The translations under genes were made by a program, and so were the position numbers. From Bacilli bacterium (GTDB taxonomy: Bacteria > Bacillota_I > Bacilli_A > RFN20 > CAG-826): a stretch of DNA of 64,000 bases. Within the stretch, counting starts at the first letter, position 1; every line of letters starts with the position of its first letter. The stretch spans positions 2,375 to 66,374 of the forward strand of contig JAZLMH010000006.1 of assembly GCA_045598525.1 (NCBI GenBank). The letters are read 5' to 3'. Below, piece by piece: positions 33,516-42,768 of this stretch. The notes beneath the pieces are model-generated. The model saw nothing but the letters and a program-made list of their open reading frames with translations. It was not told the DNA's origin and made no database searches.

Positions 33516-34538
33516 ATGAAAAAAGAAAAAACATCATCTGGAAGAATCAACAGCAGCCTTATTTATAAACTTCTTCTTGACCACTCTTCCGAACTAAACC
33601 CATTAAAAGTCACTTCCAAAAAAGAAGACGAAATGACAATACAGTCCCTACTTTTAGAAGAAAAAGTTGACCTTGATCAGCATACGATCGCAGAGAATCT
33701 TAGAGCGATGCAATCAATTGGCCTAGTCGATATCGCAGGCGATAAGACAAGAGGCAAATGGTATGCGGTAAGAGAATATTTAGATGAAGATTCCACTAAC
33801 ATCTTATTGATGTCTTTATATAGCAACATGAATCTAGGAAGAACGCAGATTGAGGACTTAAGAGACGCTTTAACACCTCTTATTGGAGAAGAATCTATCA
33901 AGAAGCTTGATGGAGCCTTCCCTAAAGTTAAGCCTTATTGGAACAAGAACATCGCTAGCTATATAGCCACTATCGATATTGCTATTGGGGATAATAAGCA
34001 GGTTGAATATATTCGTGGGGTTTATGATTACAAAACAAAAAAGATGATTCCTGACCCTAAAAAGAAGGATAAGACGAGAAAGGTCAATCCGATGGGCGTC
34101 ATTAACTCAAGAGGTTCTTTATACATGATTTATTATGATGAGGAATACGGTCATGAATCATTTATCCGATTAGACAGCATGTATTTATTAAAAGAAACAT
34201 CCGTTCCTAGAAGAGTGCCTCAAAACTTCAATATCGAAGAATATTTGGAGAATAGGCCATACCCTTCTAGAGGCGAGGTTGAGAAATATGAGATCATCGT
34301 CGAAGATAAAGGCGACAAAGGTTCTAATTTGGCTAATTTGTCATTCGTCCTTCAATACTTTGGCGAAGATGTCGATATATTTGAAAATAACGGTCAGCTC
34401 CATGTCGTCTTGTTCACAAACAGATTCAGTTTCAAGTTCTGGTATCTCCAGTATGCAGAGAACTTCACAATCGTAAGTCCATTAAGTGTTAAGGAAGATA
34501 TTAAGAAATATATCGATATGATTGATTCCAAAATATAG
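33516..34538 (+). CDS. wHTH + WYL-domain transcriptional regulator
   Basis: N-terminal wHTH-like region. WYL-like core ..GSLYMIYYDEEYGHESFIRLDSM.. Divergent from the addBA operon. Confidence 0.6.
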   Translation: MKKEKTSSGRINSSLIYKLLLDHSSELNPLKVTSKKEDEMTIQSLLLEEKVDLDQHTIAENLRAMQSIGLVDIAGDKTRGKWYAVREYLDEDSTNILLMSLYSNMNLGRTQIEDLRDALTPLIGEESIKKLDGAFPKVKPYWNKNIASYIATIDIAIGDNKQVEYIRGVYDYKTKKMIPDPKKKDKTRKVNPMGVINSRGSLYMIYYDEEYGHESFIRLDSMYLLKETSVPRRVPQNFNIEEYLENRPYPSRGEVEKYEIIVEDKGDKGSNLANLSFVLQYFGEDVDIFENNGQLHVVLFTNRFSFKFWYLQYAENFTIVSPLSVKEDIKKYIDMIDSKI

Positions 34539-34572
34539 AAAAGACCTAGCTTTGCTAGGCCTTATTCTTTTG

Positions 34573-35247
34573 TTATCGCTTTAATGTTTTAAGATAATCT
34601 TTTTGCTTTTGGGTAATGCGGAAGGATTCTCTTGCTTTGCTTATTGTCTTGTTATGGACCCAAATTGGAAGAATATTATTTTCTAGATATTTGATTGTTT
34701 GATCCCACTTCTTCGCTAAAGAGGTTGCGAAGTACCACGCAATCATCATGTTGATGTAATATTCATCGCTTTTTATTTTTGCGGGGATTTCTAAGTATTC
34801 TTCTTTGAAGTCTTCGTCTAGATATAAGCCCATAAGCTGTCCTATTGCGAATCTGACCCTATAGGTTTCTTTGGACTTTGCCCATTTGATTATCTCTGTT
34901 ATTAATTGATCTTTATGCTTTCTAAAGATTTTTGGGGACATGATGTCGCATACCGCCCAGTTATCTACATAAGGAAGAAAGGCGTCAACTTCATGAAGGC
35001 ATTTCTCATAGTCTTTGATTTCTGAGAGCAAAAGGCCATGAAGCATATTTTCATCAAAGTATTTATGAGGTAAGGCTTTGATGAATTCGTTTGCCTCCTT
35101 TGTGTCTTTTATTTCTTTAGCGAGTTTTCTTATTTCCGGAACGCGGACCCCAATGAAATATTCTTTATCGATTGTCGGGGTTAATGAAGCACTGAAATCG
35201 CGATACTTAAGATCTTGGAGAGCGAATAATTTTTTAGTTATATCCAT
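34573..35247 (-). CDS. DNA alkylation repair protein (AlkC/AlkD-like HEAT repeat)
   Basis: ..YRDFSASLTPTIDKEYFIGVRVPEIRKLAKEI.. is typical of the family. ~224 aa. Confidence 0.75.
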   Translation of the reverse strand: MDITKKLFALQDLKYRDFSASLTPTIDKEYFIGVRVPEIRKLAKEIKDTKEANEFIKALPHKYFDENMLHGLLLSEIKDYEKCLHEVDAFLPYVDNWAVCDIMSPKIFRKHKDQLITEIIKWAKSKETYRVRFAIGQLMGLYLDEDFKEEYLEIPAKIKSDEYYINMMIAWYFATSLAKKWDQTIKYLENNILPIWVHNKTISKARESFRITQKQKDYLKTLKR

Positions 35248-35423
35248 ATTATTATTTTATTTGTTTATTTAGATTAGAGATAGAGCGATTTCAAATTGTA
35301 AAGAAATGCACTTCGAGAAATGGCCTAAATTCGAAGATTCTCACTTTTTCCGGATAAATTCACGTCCATTAACGCTTTCGTTTGTCTATGAGGCTAATTT
35401 TGCTTCCTCTATACATAAAGATA

Positions 35424-35450
35424 AAGAAAAGGGATGCCGAAGCATCCCTT
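35424..35450 (-). terminator. intrinsic terminator
   Basis: AAGGGATGC-cgaa-GCATCCCTT plus a U-run on the minus strand. Confidence 0.65.
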
Positions 35451-35479
35451 TAATTATTGGTTTTAGTAGAAGTTACAGA

Positions 35480-37357
35480 TTAAGCAACTTTGACTAAGCG
35501 AGCTGCATAGATCCAGATGGAGTAACCATTATCCATGTTGTGGAGGGTAAGGGTTGTTGCGCCTGCTGGGACTGTGAGTCTTGCCATAGCTTTGCTTGTC
35601 CATGCTGGGGTTGTTGTGTTTAAACCTGTTGCAGCATAGTTGTCAACGTCGTTGCCGACTGGTGTGTATTCAGCATCGCCAACTTTGACTTTGTATTTGT
35701 AGTCTGTTGAGTTGCCGTTGTCGCTTGCAGCGCCACCGTTTGCAACAGCTGTGCCGGAGTTCCAGTAACCAGCTGTGTCGTTGCCTGCTGAAGCACGTGC
35801 TTTGAGGTAGAGGTCATACTGGCCTGCGGTGATGCCTGTGATGTTCCAAACATCATCGAAGATGCTGTTCTTGCCAAGACGTGTGTTTTTTGCAGCTGTG
35901 TCTGTGCCTGTTTCAGAAGGTGTCTTCTGGCCAGTTGTGCAGTCAGCAGCCTGGAGTTCATAACCTGTGAGGGAGCCGCATGAGCAGGAAAGTGCTCTTA
36001 ATGCGCTGTTTTCTGCTTTTGCGCCAGCGACTGGTGCGTGTTCGTGTGTGGAACCACCACCCTGTTCGCCTGCGTTTGGATCAACGTATGGTCTGAATGT
36101 GAAGTTATAGAATGTTGATCTGTAACCGCCAGCCATAACAAGACGGATCTTGTTGACACCTGAGTGGAGGTGGAATGTGTATGGAAGGACGTAGTCAACT
36201 TTCTGTGTGTTTGCTCTTGCTGGAACGGAGATTGTTGGATCGAAATCCTGAACCTCGTCATCAACGTAGAGGATGTATCTGTAGGCGTCGATTTCGTCAC
36301 CTGCTGTGTGGGTGTCTGTTGTTTCGACGTACATACCACGTGTCCAGTCTGTGTCGCCCTGTTTGCATGCCCAGAAGTCCATTCTGTTGTTGCTCATCCA
36401 CTGAGCTGCTTCTGCCTGGCAGTAGAGACGTTGTGCTGAACCCATAGCTGCGACTTGTGCATCTGTGAGTGTGAAGACGTATTCGAAGTAGTCACCAGTT
36501 TGTTCTGCGTTGAAGACAGGATCGTGTGCGTTTTCATCTGGGTCACCTGCGTCGTTTAATGCAACGTCGTTACCAATTGGACGACCCCAGAATCTAGCGC
36601 CACCTGTTTCTTCGTTGATGACTAAGTGTTCTTTTGATGCTGCTGATGGTTCGCTAGCTTTGAAACCGAAGTATGTTGTACCACAGTCATTTGCACAGGA
36701 GTAGAGGTTAACTGCTGCCTGTCCTTCGACTGGTGTACCAGCTTCCTGGAGTACCATTTCGTGTTCGAGTGCGTCAGCGTGCATAGCTTCTGTTTCGTGG
36801 CAGCGTCCGCATTCTCTTTCACCGACACCTTCAACTTCACAAGCTGCTGGTGTTGTCCATGTTGTTTCGCCCCATTGGTGACCAAGAGCTGCGACTGCTT
36901 CGGTGTGTGCTTCGTGGCAAACTGAGCATTCCTGGAGTTTTTCGCCAGCTTCGGTACAGGTTGCTGCTTTTGCACCGGTCTGGTCTGCTTTGTCAACATA
37001 GTTGTGATCGGCTTTCTGGATTGGTGTCTTCTTGACATCGTTACAGACAGAGCACTTTTCAACCTTTTCACCTTCTGCTGTACAGGTTGCTGCTTTTGAC
37101 TGTGTTGCGTCTTCAGCGTATCTGTGGCCTGCAGCTTTTACTTCTGCTTTCTGTGTTTCACCACAAACTGTGCATTCCTGGATCTTTTCACCTTTTTCGG
37201 TGCAGGTTGCAGCCTTTGTTGTTTCTTTGTCAGCCCACTTGTGTTTTGTACAGGCGGTTGCTGGAGCGGATTCTTTTGCTGGGCCACCGCAAGCGACAAG
37301 AGCGCCTGCTGAGAGACATAAAACAGCTAATCCAAGGAGTTTCTTTGTTTTTCTCAT
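35480..37357 (-). CDS. surface lipoprotein with four Cys3-His repeats and a C-terminal beta-sandwich-like domain
   Basis: Lipobox LVAC. Repeats A(A/T)C(T/E)xxGxxxxxCxxC..(12-13)..H. C-terminus ..IWIYAARLVKVA is shared with other lipoproteins here. Confidence 0.7.
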   Translation of the reverse strand: MRKTKKLLGLAVLCLSAGALVACGGPAKESAPATACTKHKWADKETTKAATCTEKGEKIQECTVCGETQKAEVKAAGHRYAEDATQSKAATCTAEGEKVEKCSVCNDVKKTPIQKADHNYVDKADQTGAKAATCTEAGEKLQECSVCHEAHTEAVAALGHQWGETTWTTPAACEVEGVGERECGRCHETEAMHADALEHEMVLQEAGTPVEGQAAVNLYSCANDCGTTYFGFKASEPSAASKEHLVINEETGGARFWGRPIGNDVALNDAGDPDENAHDPVFNAEQTGDYFEYVFTLTDAQVAAMGSAQRLYCQAEAAQWMSNNRMDFWACKQGDTDWTRGMYVETTDTHTAGDEIDAYRYILYVDDEVQDFDPTISVPARANTQKVDYVLPYTFHLHSGVNKIRLVMAGGYRSTFYNFTFRPYVDPNAGEQGGGSTHEHAPVAGAKAENSALRALSCSCGSLTGYELQAADCTTGQKTPSETGTDTAAKNTRLGKNSIFDDVWNITGITAGQYDLYLKARASAGNDTAGYWNSGTAVANGGAASDNGNSTDYKYKVKVGDAEYTPVGNDVDNYAATGLNTTTPAWTSKAMARLTVPAGATTLTLHNMDNGYSIWIYAARLVKVA

Positions 37358-37688
37358 AACAATAATTTTTTAATACCTGTTAGGTATTTTCCTTTCTTGG
37401 GGATAAATTTTATTTTGCTAGACCCCATCCTAGTAAAATATCGGTTCAAAAATCACGTTATACAGTTAATTCTCTCGCCTTTGTTTGTTTATATAATAAA
37501 GCATTTTTTAAATTATTGAATAGTTTTTGTTAAAGTTTTTTGCAATTTTGTGTTCAAGTTGTATTTTTTCTGACCTTTAATCGGCATAAACACGCGTTTT
37601 CCTTTAATAATCTATTACTGATTCCTAACTATGCATTTAATTAATTATTACTCATCACATATAATACAAAAGCGAAGGGAAACCTTTT

Positions 37689-38255
37689 ATGGAACTTGAA
37701 GAAAGAATTACTCGCCTAGAAGATATCGAGGCGATTAGATATTTGCAAGCCAAATACCAAAGGTGTTTGGACACAAGGGATTTTGATGGCGTGGCTTCGT
37801 GCTTTGCTATCGACGCTACTTCCTCTTATGGGAATGGCAAGATGTCATACGAAGGGAGAGACGCGATAGTGAAATTCCTTTGCTCGGTCATGAGCCTTCA
37901 TCTTCCATCCGCCCACATGATCCATGGCGGCGAGATTGATGTTAACGGGACTAGTGCGACTGGCAAATGGTATTTAGAAGATCACCTTATTGGTGAACCT
38001 TATTGCGTTGAGCTTTATGGTGCGGCCATCTATACGGTTAATTACGAAAAGATCGATGGGGCGTGGTTTATCAAACATATAGGTTACGAAAGGCAGTTCG
38101 AATACGTCGAAAGAAGAAGGTTATTCAATTTCTTCTCTTTGAGAAAGAAGACATTTTTAGACGCGAAAAAGAAAGAGAACCCAGAAGAGCTTGGGTCTTA
38201 TAACCGTTACTTCTACGAGAACTATATCAAAAGAAAGAAAAAGAAGCAGAAATGA
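37689..38255 (+). CDS. SnoaL-like / NTF2-family protein
   Basis: ITRLEDIEAIRYLQAKYQRCLDTRDFDG.. is a typical SnoaL_4 N-terminus. Confidence 0.6.
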   Translation: MELEERITRLEDIEAIRYLQAKYQRCLDTRDFDGVASCFAIDATSSYGNGKMSYEGRDAIVKFLCSVMSLHLPSAHMIHGGEIDVNGTSATGKWYLEDHLIGEPYCVELYGAAIYTVNYEKIDGAWFIKHIGYERQFEYVERRRLFNFFSLRKKTFLDAKKKENPEELGSYNRYFYENYIKRKKKKQK

Positions 38256-39154
38256 ACGTATTGCTTATCTATTACACTGGGACATTCAACACAAGATACG
38301 TGTCCAAGATGCTCGAGAAAAAGTTTGGCGATAACGGTCATTCCGTCTCGCTATATGAGATCGACCCTCTCAAAACCGAAAGACTGGATTTTGAAGGGTA
38401 TGATTTAATCGGGCTTGGATATCCAATCTATGGTTTTAATGCACCTTATCCGTTTTTGAAGTTCATCAAGAAGCAAAAATTCCCAAAGGGAATAAGAACT
38501 TTCATCTACAAAAACTCGGGTGAGACTTACCATGCGAATGACGCTTCTAGCATTAACGTTTACCATAAGCTCAAACACGATAAAGCGATCATTGAGAATG
38601 AATACCATTTCATCATGCCTTATAACATCCACTTCAGATTCGATGAGCACCTTGTCAAAGAGATGCTAGAAATGGACGAGAAGCTTTTGGATATCCTTTA
38701 TCACGAAGTCAGTAGCGGAATAAAGAACATCAAAAGATACAAGCTTATCCATAGAATCATCACTTTCTTCGTTAAGCTTCAGTTTATCGGAGGAGATATC
38801 AACTCCTTCTTTTATAGGGTCAAAAAAGATAAGTGCCTTAAGTGCGGAAAATGCATCCGCGAATGTCCGATGAAGAATATCTATTCTTCTAAGAAGGGCG
38901 AAATCAAGTTCCATCACCACTGCCTTATGTGTATGAGATGCTCGCTAGGCTGCCCTACCGATGCGATTAGGATCGGCATCCTTGACGCATGGAAATGGAG
39001 GGTCAATGGACCTTATGATTTCGAGAAAATCAAGAAGCTCGAAAACAAGGACAGAATCATAACTGAAGAGACTAAAGGTTTCTTTAAGTGCTATATCGAG
39101 ACTTACGAGAATATAGAGAAACGTTACGAGGAGCTCTTTGGTTTAAAGCAATGA
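38252..39154 (+). CDS. flavodoxin-like + 2x[4Fe-4S] ferredoxin protein (EFR1-like)
   Basis: N-terminal flavodoxin-like fold (LIYYTGTFNT). CLKCGKCIRECP and CLMCMRCSLGCP clusters. ATGA overlap with the upstream gene. Confidence 0.65.
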   Translation: MNVLLIYYTGTFNTRYVSKMLEKKFGDNGHSVSLYEIDPLKTERLDFEGYDLIGLGYPIYGFNAPYPFLKFIKKQKFPKGIRTFIYKNSGETYHANDASSINVYHKLKHDKAIIENEYHFIMPYNIHFRFDEHLVKEMLEMDEKLLDILYHEVSSGIKNIKRYKLIHRIITFFVKLQFIGGDINSFFYRVKKDKCLKCGKCIRECPMKNIYSSKKGEIKFHHHCLMCMRCSLGCPTDAIRIGILDAWKWRVNGPYDFEKIKKLENKDRIITEETKGFFKCYIETYENIEKRYEELFGLKQ

Positions 39155-40038
39155 GAGTCGAGAAGTATTTAGAAAAGCATCCTCTTTCTTTGAAAGACAA
39201 GAAAGTATTGTTTATTGGATGGACTGGATCCATCGGTTTTGAAGCAATTAAAATCATCGCCTCTTATGGGGCTAAGCTATATCTTGCTTCAAGGAACTTA
39301 AAGAAAGCTGAAAAAATGATTGAATCTCTAAAAGAGATTTATCCAGATTGCGTGATCGAGTCTTTTGAACTCGATGTATCATCATTAAAAAACATCGATG
39401 AATTCATTGATGTTATCGAAAAGAAGGATCTCCATTTCGATTATTTCATCAATAACGCGGGAGTCTACCATATGCCTATGGTCGATACTTCTGAAGGTTA
39501 TGATTTGACTTTTGCCACGAATACTTTGGGACATATCTATCTTCTTAAGAAGATGATTCCAACATTAAGTGTTGGCGCGAAGGTTGTTAGCACTTCTTCG
39601 ATGTCTTATAAGTTCTATAAGAACGACTTAGGGAATATCGCTTTGAGATCGATTAAAAACAAGATGAAGCGTTATGCGCTTAGCAAACAAGAGCTTGTGA
39701 ATTCCTTTATGTACCTAAAGGAGAACCTATCAAGAAAGGATATTGAGATGAACCTAGTTCATCCTGGTATTGTTCCTACGGAACTATTCGAGAAGAGCCA
39801 TGGGAAATTCTTCATGACTTTCGTCTTCCCGATTATGAAAGTTTTATTTCACTCGCCTAGGAAAGCGTCGTTAACGCTGATTCATGCGATGGAAACTACC
39901 ACTAAAAACGACGAATGGATTGGGCCTCGAGGATTAATTGAAGCCTGGGGCACCCCAAAGATTCTTAGATTAAAAAAGAGTGTTCTTAGGAATAACAAGA
40001 CTGTTTATCTATCTCTAAACGAGATGATAGAAAAATAA
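39151..40038 (+). CDS. SDR-family oxidoreductase
   Basis: GWTGSIG Rossmann motif, NNAG, YxxxK (YALSK). Start moved to the ATG overlapping the upstream stop. Confidence 0.75.
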   Translation: MRVEKYLEKHPLSLKDKKVLFIGWTGSIGFEAIKIIASYGAKLYLASRNLKKAEKMIESLKEIYPDCVIESFELDVSSLKNIDEFIDVIEKKDLHFDYFINNAGVYHMPMVDTSEGYDLTFATNTLGHIYLLKKMIPTLSVGAKVVSTSSMSYKFYKNDLGNIALRSIKNKMKRYALSKQELVNSFMYLKENLSRKDIEMNLVHPGIVPTELFEKSHGKFFMTFVFPIMKVLFHSPRKASLTLIHAMETTTKNDEWIGPRGLIEAWGTPKILRLKKSVLRNNKTVYLSLNEMIEK

Positions 40039-40039
40039 A

Positions 40040-40058
40040 ACCCTGATTTTATCAGGGT
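40040..40058. terminator. hairpin between convergent genes
   Basis: ACCCTGAT-ttt-ATCAGGGT. Confidence 0.5.
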
Positions 40059-40062
40059 CTAT

Positions 40063-40485
40063 TTATCCAAGGACTTTATAAAGAAGTTTGTAGAGGGTTT
40101 CTGCTTCTTCTTTTGAAAGATTGACGCATCCAGATATCTGAAGAGGGATGTTTAAGGCTCTGTCTCTTAGAGACATTCCTTCTTCCTCGACTTTGATGAT
40201 GAGGTTTCTATCATCTTTCTCGTCTTTGTTTCTTGAGATGTATTTCTTAGCCTCAAGCTTCCTTAATAACGGGGTTAGGGTGCCACTATCGAGGAATAGC
40301 CTTTTTCCTAGTTCTTTGACGGTGATTTCTTTTTCTTCCCAAAGGACCATCATCGTGATGTATTGGGTGTATGTGAGGTCAAGCTCCTTCAGGAGAGGTT
40401 GGTATTTTCTTGTTATTTCCTTACCTGCTGCGTATAAAGGGAAGCAGATTTGGTTTTTAAGTTTTAGCGTTTCGTATTTATCCAT
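40063..40485 (-). CDS. MarR-family (OhrR-like) transcriptional regulator
   Basis: ..LDLTYTQYITMMVLWE..ITVKELGKRLFLDSGTLTPLLRKLE.. Confidence 0.8.
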   Translation of the reverse strand: MDKYETLKLKNQICFPLYAAGKEITRKYQPLLKELDLTYTQYITMMVLWEEKEITVKELGKRLFLDSGTLTPLLRKLEAKKYISRNKDEKDDRNLIIKVEEEGMSLRDRALNIPLQISGCVNLSKEEAETLYKLLYKVLG

Positions 40486-40735
40486 GGATCTCATTATAGG
40501 CTTTTCTTACGGCGATGGCTAACTGGTCAGCACAGCTTGTTGGTCTTCTGCCACAGATGTTTCCTAATAACATCGACTCGATGTATTCGACCGTTTGGCC
40601 TTCTAGGAGCTTGGAGATTGCTTTGAGATTGCCATTGCATCCTGCGTCGAAACGGATGTTTGTGATGATGCTATCATTGATATCGAATTCGATATGCTGA
40701 GCACAGGTATATTGGGTTTGGTAGATATAATGCAT
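40478..40735 (-). CDS. TSCPD-domain protein (TIGR03905-like)
   Basis: ..IRFDAGCNGNLKAISKLLEG..CGRRPTSCADQLA.. Confidence 0.7.
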   Translation of the reverse strand: MHYIYQTQYTCAQHIEFDINDSIITNIRFDAGCNGNLKAISKLLEGQTVEYIESMLLGNICGRRPTSCADQLAIAVRKAYNEIHG

Positions 40736-41256
40736 TATAAAAGTTCCTCCACTGCTTTTCTGACGTCTTTCATTTTGACTACCGGTTCGAAGCGAGCGAT
40801 GACTTCGCCTTCTTTGTTGACCAAGAATTTTGTGAAGTTCCAGTGAATGTCATCTGATTTTGATGTCTTCGAGAGTTTTGAGAGCATCTTGACTGTGAGA
40901 GATTTGTTATTTGTGCCCTGCTTGGATTTGAGATAAGTGAATAATGGATGGGCGTTTTCGCCATTGACTTCGATCTTCTTGAAAAGAGGGAAAGTGATTC
41001 CATAACGGCCGCTGCAGAAAGATGCGATTTCTTCATCGCTTCCTGGAGCTTGGTTTGCAAACTGGTTGCATGGGAAGTCTAAGATTTCTAATCCTTTGTC
41101 ATGGAGTTCTTCGTACATATCCTGAAGGTCGTCATATTGAGGAGTGAATCCACATCCTGTTGCGCTATTGATGATTAATAAGACTTTGCCTTTGTATTCT
41201 TCGAGGGTGATTTCCTCGCCGTCATTTCTCGTTGCTTTGATTTCGTAGATGCTCAT
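40735..41256 (-). CDS. gpx: glutathione peroxidase
   Basis: LIINSATGCGFTPQY, FPCNQF and WNFTKFLV motifs. Start moved to MSIYEIK (AAGGAGAA SD). Confidence 0.88.
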   Translation of the reverse strand: MSIYEIKATRNDGEEITLEEYKGKVLLIINSATGCGFTPQYDDLQDMYEELHDKGLEILDFPCNQFANQAPGSDEEIASFCSGRYGITFPLFKKIEVNGENAHPLFTYLKSKQGTNNKSLTVKMLSKLSKTSKSDDIHWNFTKFLVNKEGEVIARFEPVVKMKDVRKAVEELL

Positions 41257-41398
41257 GGGTTTCTCCTTTAATTGGTTGTATGCAACTATTATATGGATAT
41301 ATTTAATTGTATGCAACTAGTTAGTATAAAAAGTATAGGCCTGCCGGGGATAAGCGTGCCTATACCTTTGCTAAGAACGCTGAAGCATCTTAGGTTTA

Positions 41399-42157
41399 CT
41401 AGTCGTTATAGCGTTCGCTGATGTATTCCATGTCGCTATCGAGATCCAACCAGTCAAAGCAAATGATGAATCTTTTCTCAGGATATTTTCCATCTCCTTT
41501 GGCGTATCTAGCATATGGCCTTACAACCATTGGACCGATATGCGGGGTTCGATAAAAAGTGAATGATTTTCTCATTACATGTTTTCTGATCTGATTTCTA
41601 GAGCAGAGAACACCCATTTCATCATCGCCTTTATAAATAAACTCAGCTGCAGGTAATTCTGTATAGTTACCTTGAAAAATGACTCTATCTAACATATCCA
41701 GAATCAGCTGCTTATCTCTATTCAAAGAGCTATTGGCAGCCTCGATTTCAGATTTGTAGGCAGTCATGGTGTCGTAGTAATCCATTCGCTTTTCGCCAGT
41801 CCCATCCGTTGTTCCGTCCCCAAAATGGAAATGGAGTAATGCGCCAATCGTCTTCTCGCCGATATCGTGTTCCTTCAAAAAGCCAACGAATTTTTGAATG
41901 TTTTCAGAATGAAATTCTTTAGATCTTCCACTTTTAACTGAAACATAATGTTTTTCGCCATTGTGACTTATTTCGATATCGGGTTTACCGAAAGGTTCAC
42001 ATTTTTTGGCGAAAAAAGGTTTTTGTTCATCGATATTGTTGAACATTCTTTTGATAGAAAATCTCAGGTTATTCTTTAATTCCTGAAGAGTTTTGCCGTC
42101 TATCGCAGCAATGATGCGGTCTTCAATTTCAAAACCGCGATTGAAATATTTTGGCAT
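41399..42157 (-). CDS. hypothetical protein, possible PD-(D/E)xK restriction-endonuclease-like fold
   Basis: ..GKPDIEISHNGEKHYVSVKSG.. could be a D..E.K motif. No methyltransferase nearby. Confidence 0.3.
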   Translation of the reverse strand: MPKYFNRGFEIEDRIIAAIDGKTLQELKNNLRFSIKRMFNNIDEQKPFFAKKCEPFGKPDIEISHNGEKHYVSVKSGRSKEFHSENIQKFVGFLKEHDIGEKTIGALLHFHFGDGTTDGTGEKRMDYYDTMTAYKSEIEAANSSLNRDKQLILDMLDRVIFQGNYTELPAAEFIYKGDDEMGVLCSRNQIRKHVMRKSFTFYRTPHIGPMVVRPYARYAKGDGKYPEKRFIICFDWLDLDSDMEYISERYND

Positions 42158-42292
42158 CTTTTTTACCTCCTAATTACCTATAGAGGAGAAATGCAAAAAT
42201 TTTTCAAAAAAATGCAAAAATTATGAAAATATTTACAATTGTATCTTTGATACAAAATTTTATTTTTTTCGCTGATTCCGCCATATAATCCC

Positions 42293-42342
42293 GTCGGTGC
42301 AATGGAAATCTATGTGTTCGCCTATCCCTGGCTTGGCCACCA
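42293..42342 (+). pseudogene. degenerate, internally deleted tRNA-Phe copy, inverted relative to the intact gene
   Basis: GTCGGTGCAATGGAAATCTATGTGTTCGCCTATCCCTGGCTTGGCCACCA aligns with the D-loop-to-CCA part of tRNA-Phe at 42381..42456. Confidence 0.6.
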
Positions 42343-42343
42343 A

Positions 42344-42368
42344 CAAAAAAACGTCCATTCTTGGACGT
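42344..42368. terminator. bidirectional hairpin terminator downstream of tRNA-Phe
   Basis: ACGTCCA-ttct-TGGACGT flanked by an A-run and a T-run. Confidence 0.6.
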
Positions 42369-42380
42369 TTGTTTGTTAAT

Positions 42381-42456
42381 TGGTGGGCCAAGCCGGGATT
42401 GAACCGGCGACACATGGATTTTCAGTCCATTGCTCTACCGACTGAGCTACCGGCCC
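42381..42456 (-). tRNA. tRNA-Phe (GAA)
   Basis: GGGCCGGTAGCTCAGTCGGTAGAGCAATGGACTGAAAATCC..GGTTCAATCCC..CCCACCA. Cloverleaf checked by eye, CCA encoded. Confidence 0.9.
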
Positions 42457-42477
42457 ATACACGCTCTTTTGTTAATA

Positions 42478-42552
42478 TGGCGGAACCAGCGAGAGTCGAA
42501 CTCGCATCGCCTGCGTGACAGGCAGGCATCATAACCGCTAGACCATGATTCC
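42478..42552 (-). tRNA. tRNA-Asp (GTC)
   Basis: GGAATCATGGTCTAGCGGTTATGATGCCTGCCTGTCACGCAGG..GTTCGACTC..TTCCGCCA. Confidence 0.85.
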
Positions 42553-42768
42553 ACTTGAAGCGTGCTTACATATTATCTACATCTAGCGTCTATGATGCAA
42601 GAGAAAATATCAAGATATTTCTCTATTGCCTGTCACTTGTCAATGCTCGTTAATTGTTCTTTGCTGCCCATAGCCGTTTTAGCCTCATTCTTTATAACTA
42701 AAGAACGGGGTTTAAAGAAACCACACAAAAGCCGCCAAAAAATAAAAAAAGCAAGGACATTTCCTCGC

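Noticed and set aside
42204-42518. Tracked ORFs 42204..42413 (-) and 42297..42518 (+).
   Set aside because: They run through tRNA-Phe, tRNA-Asp and the pseudo-tRNA, so they are artefacts.
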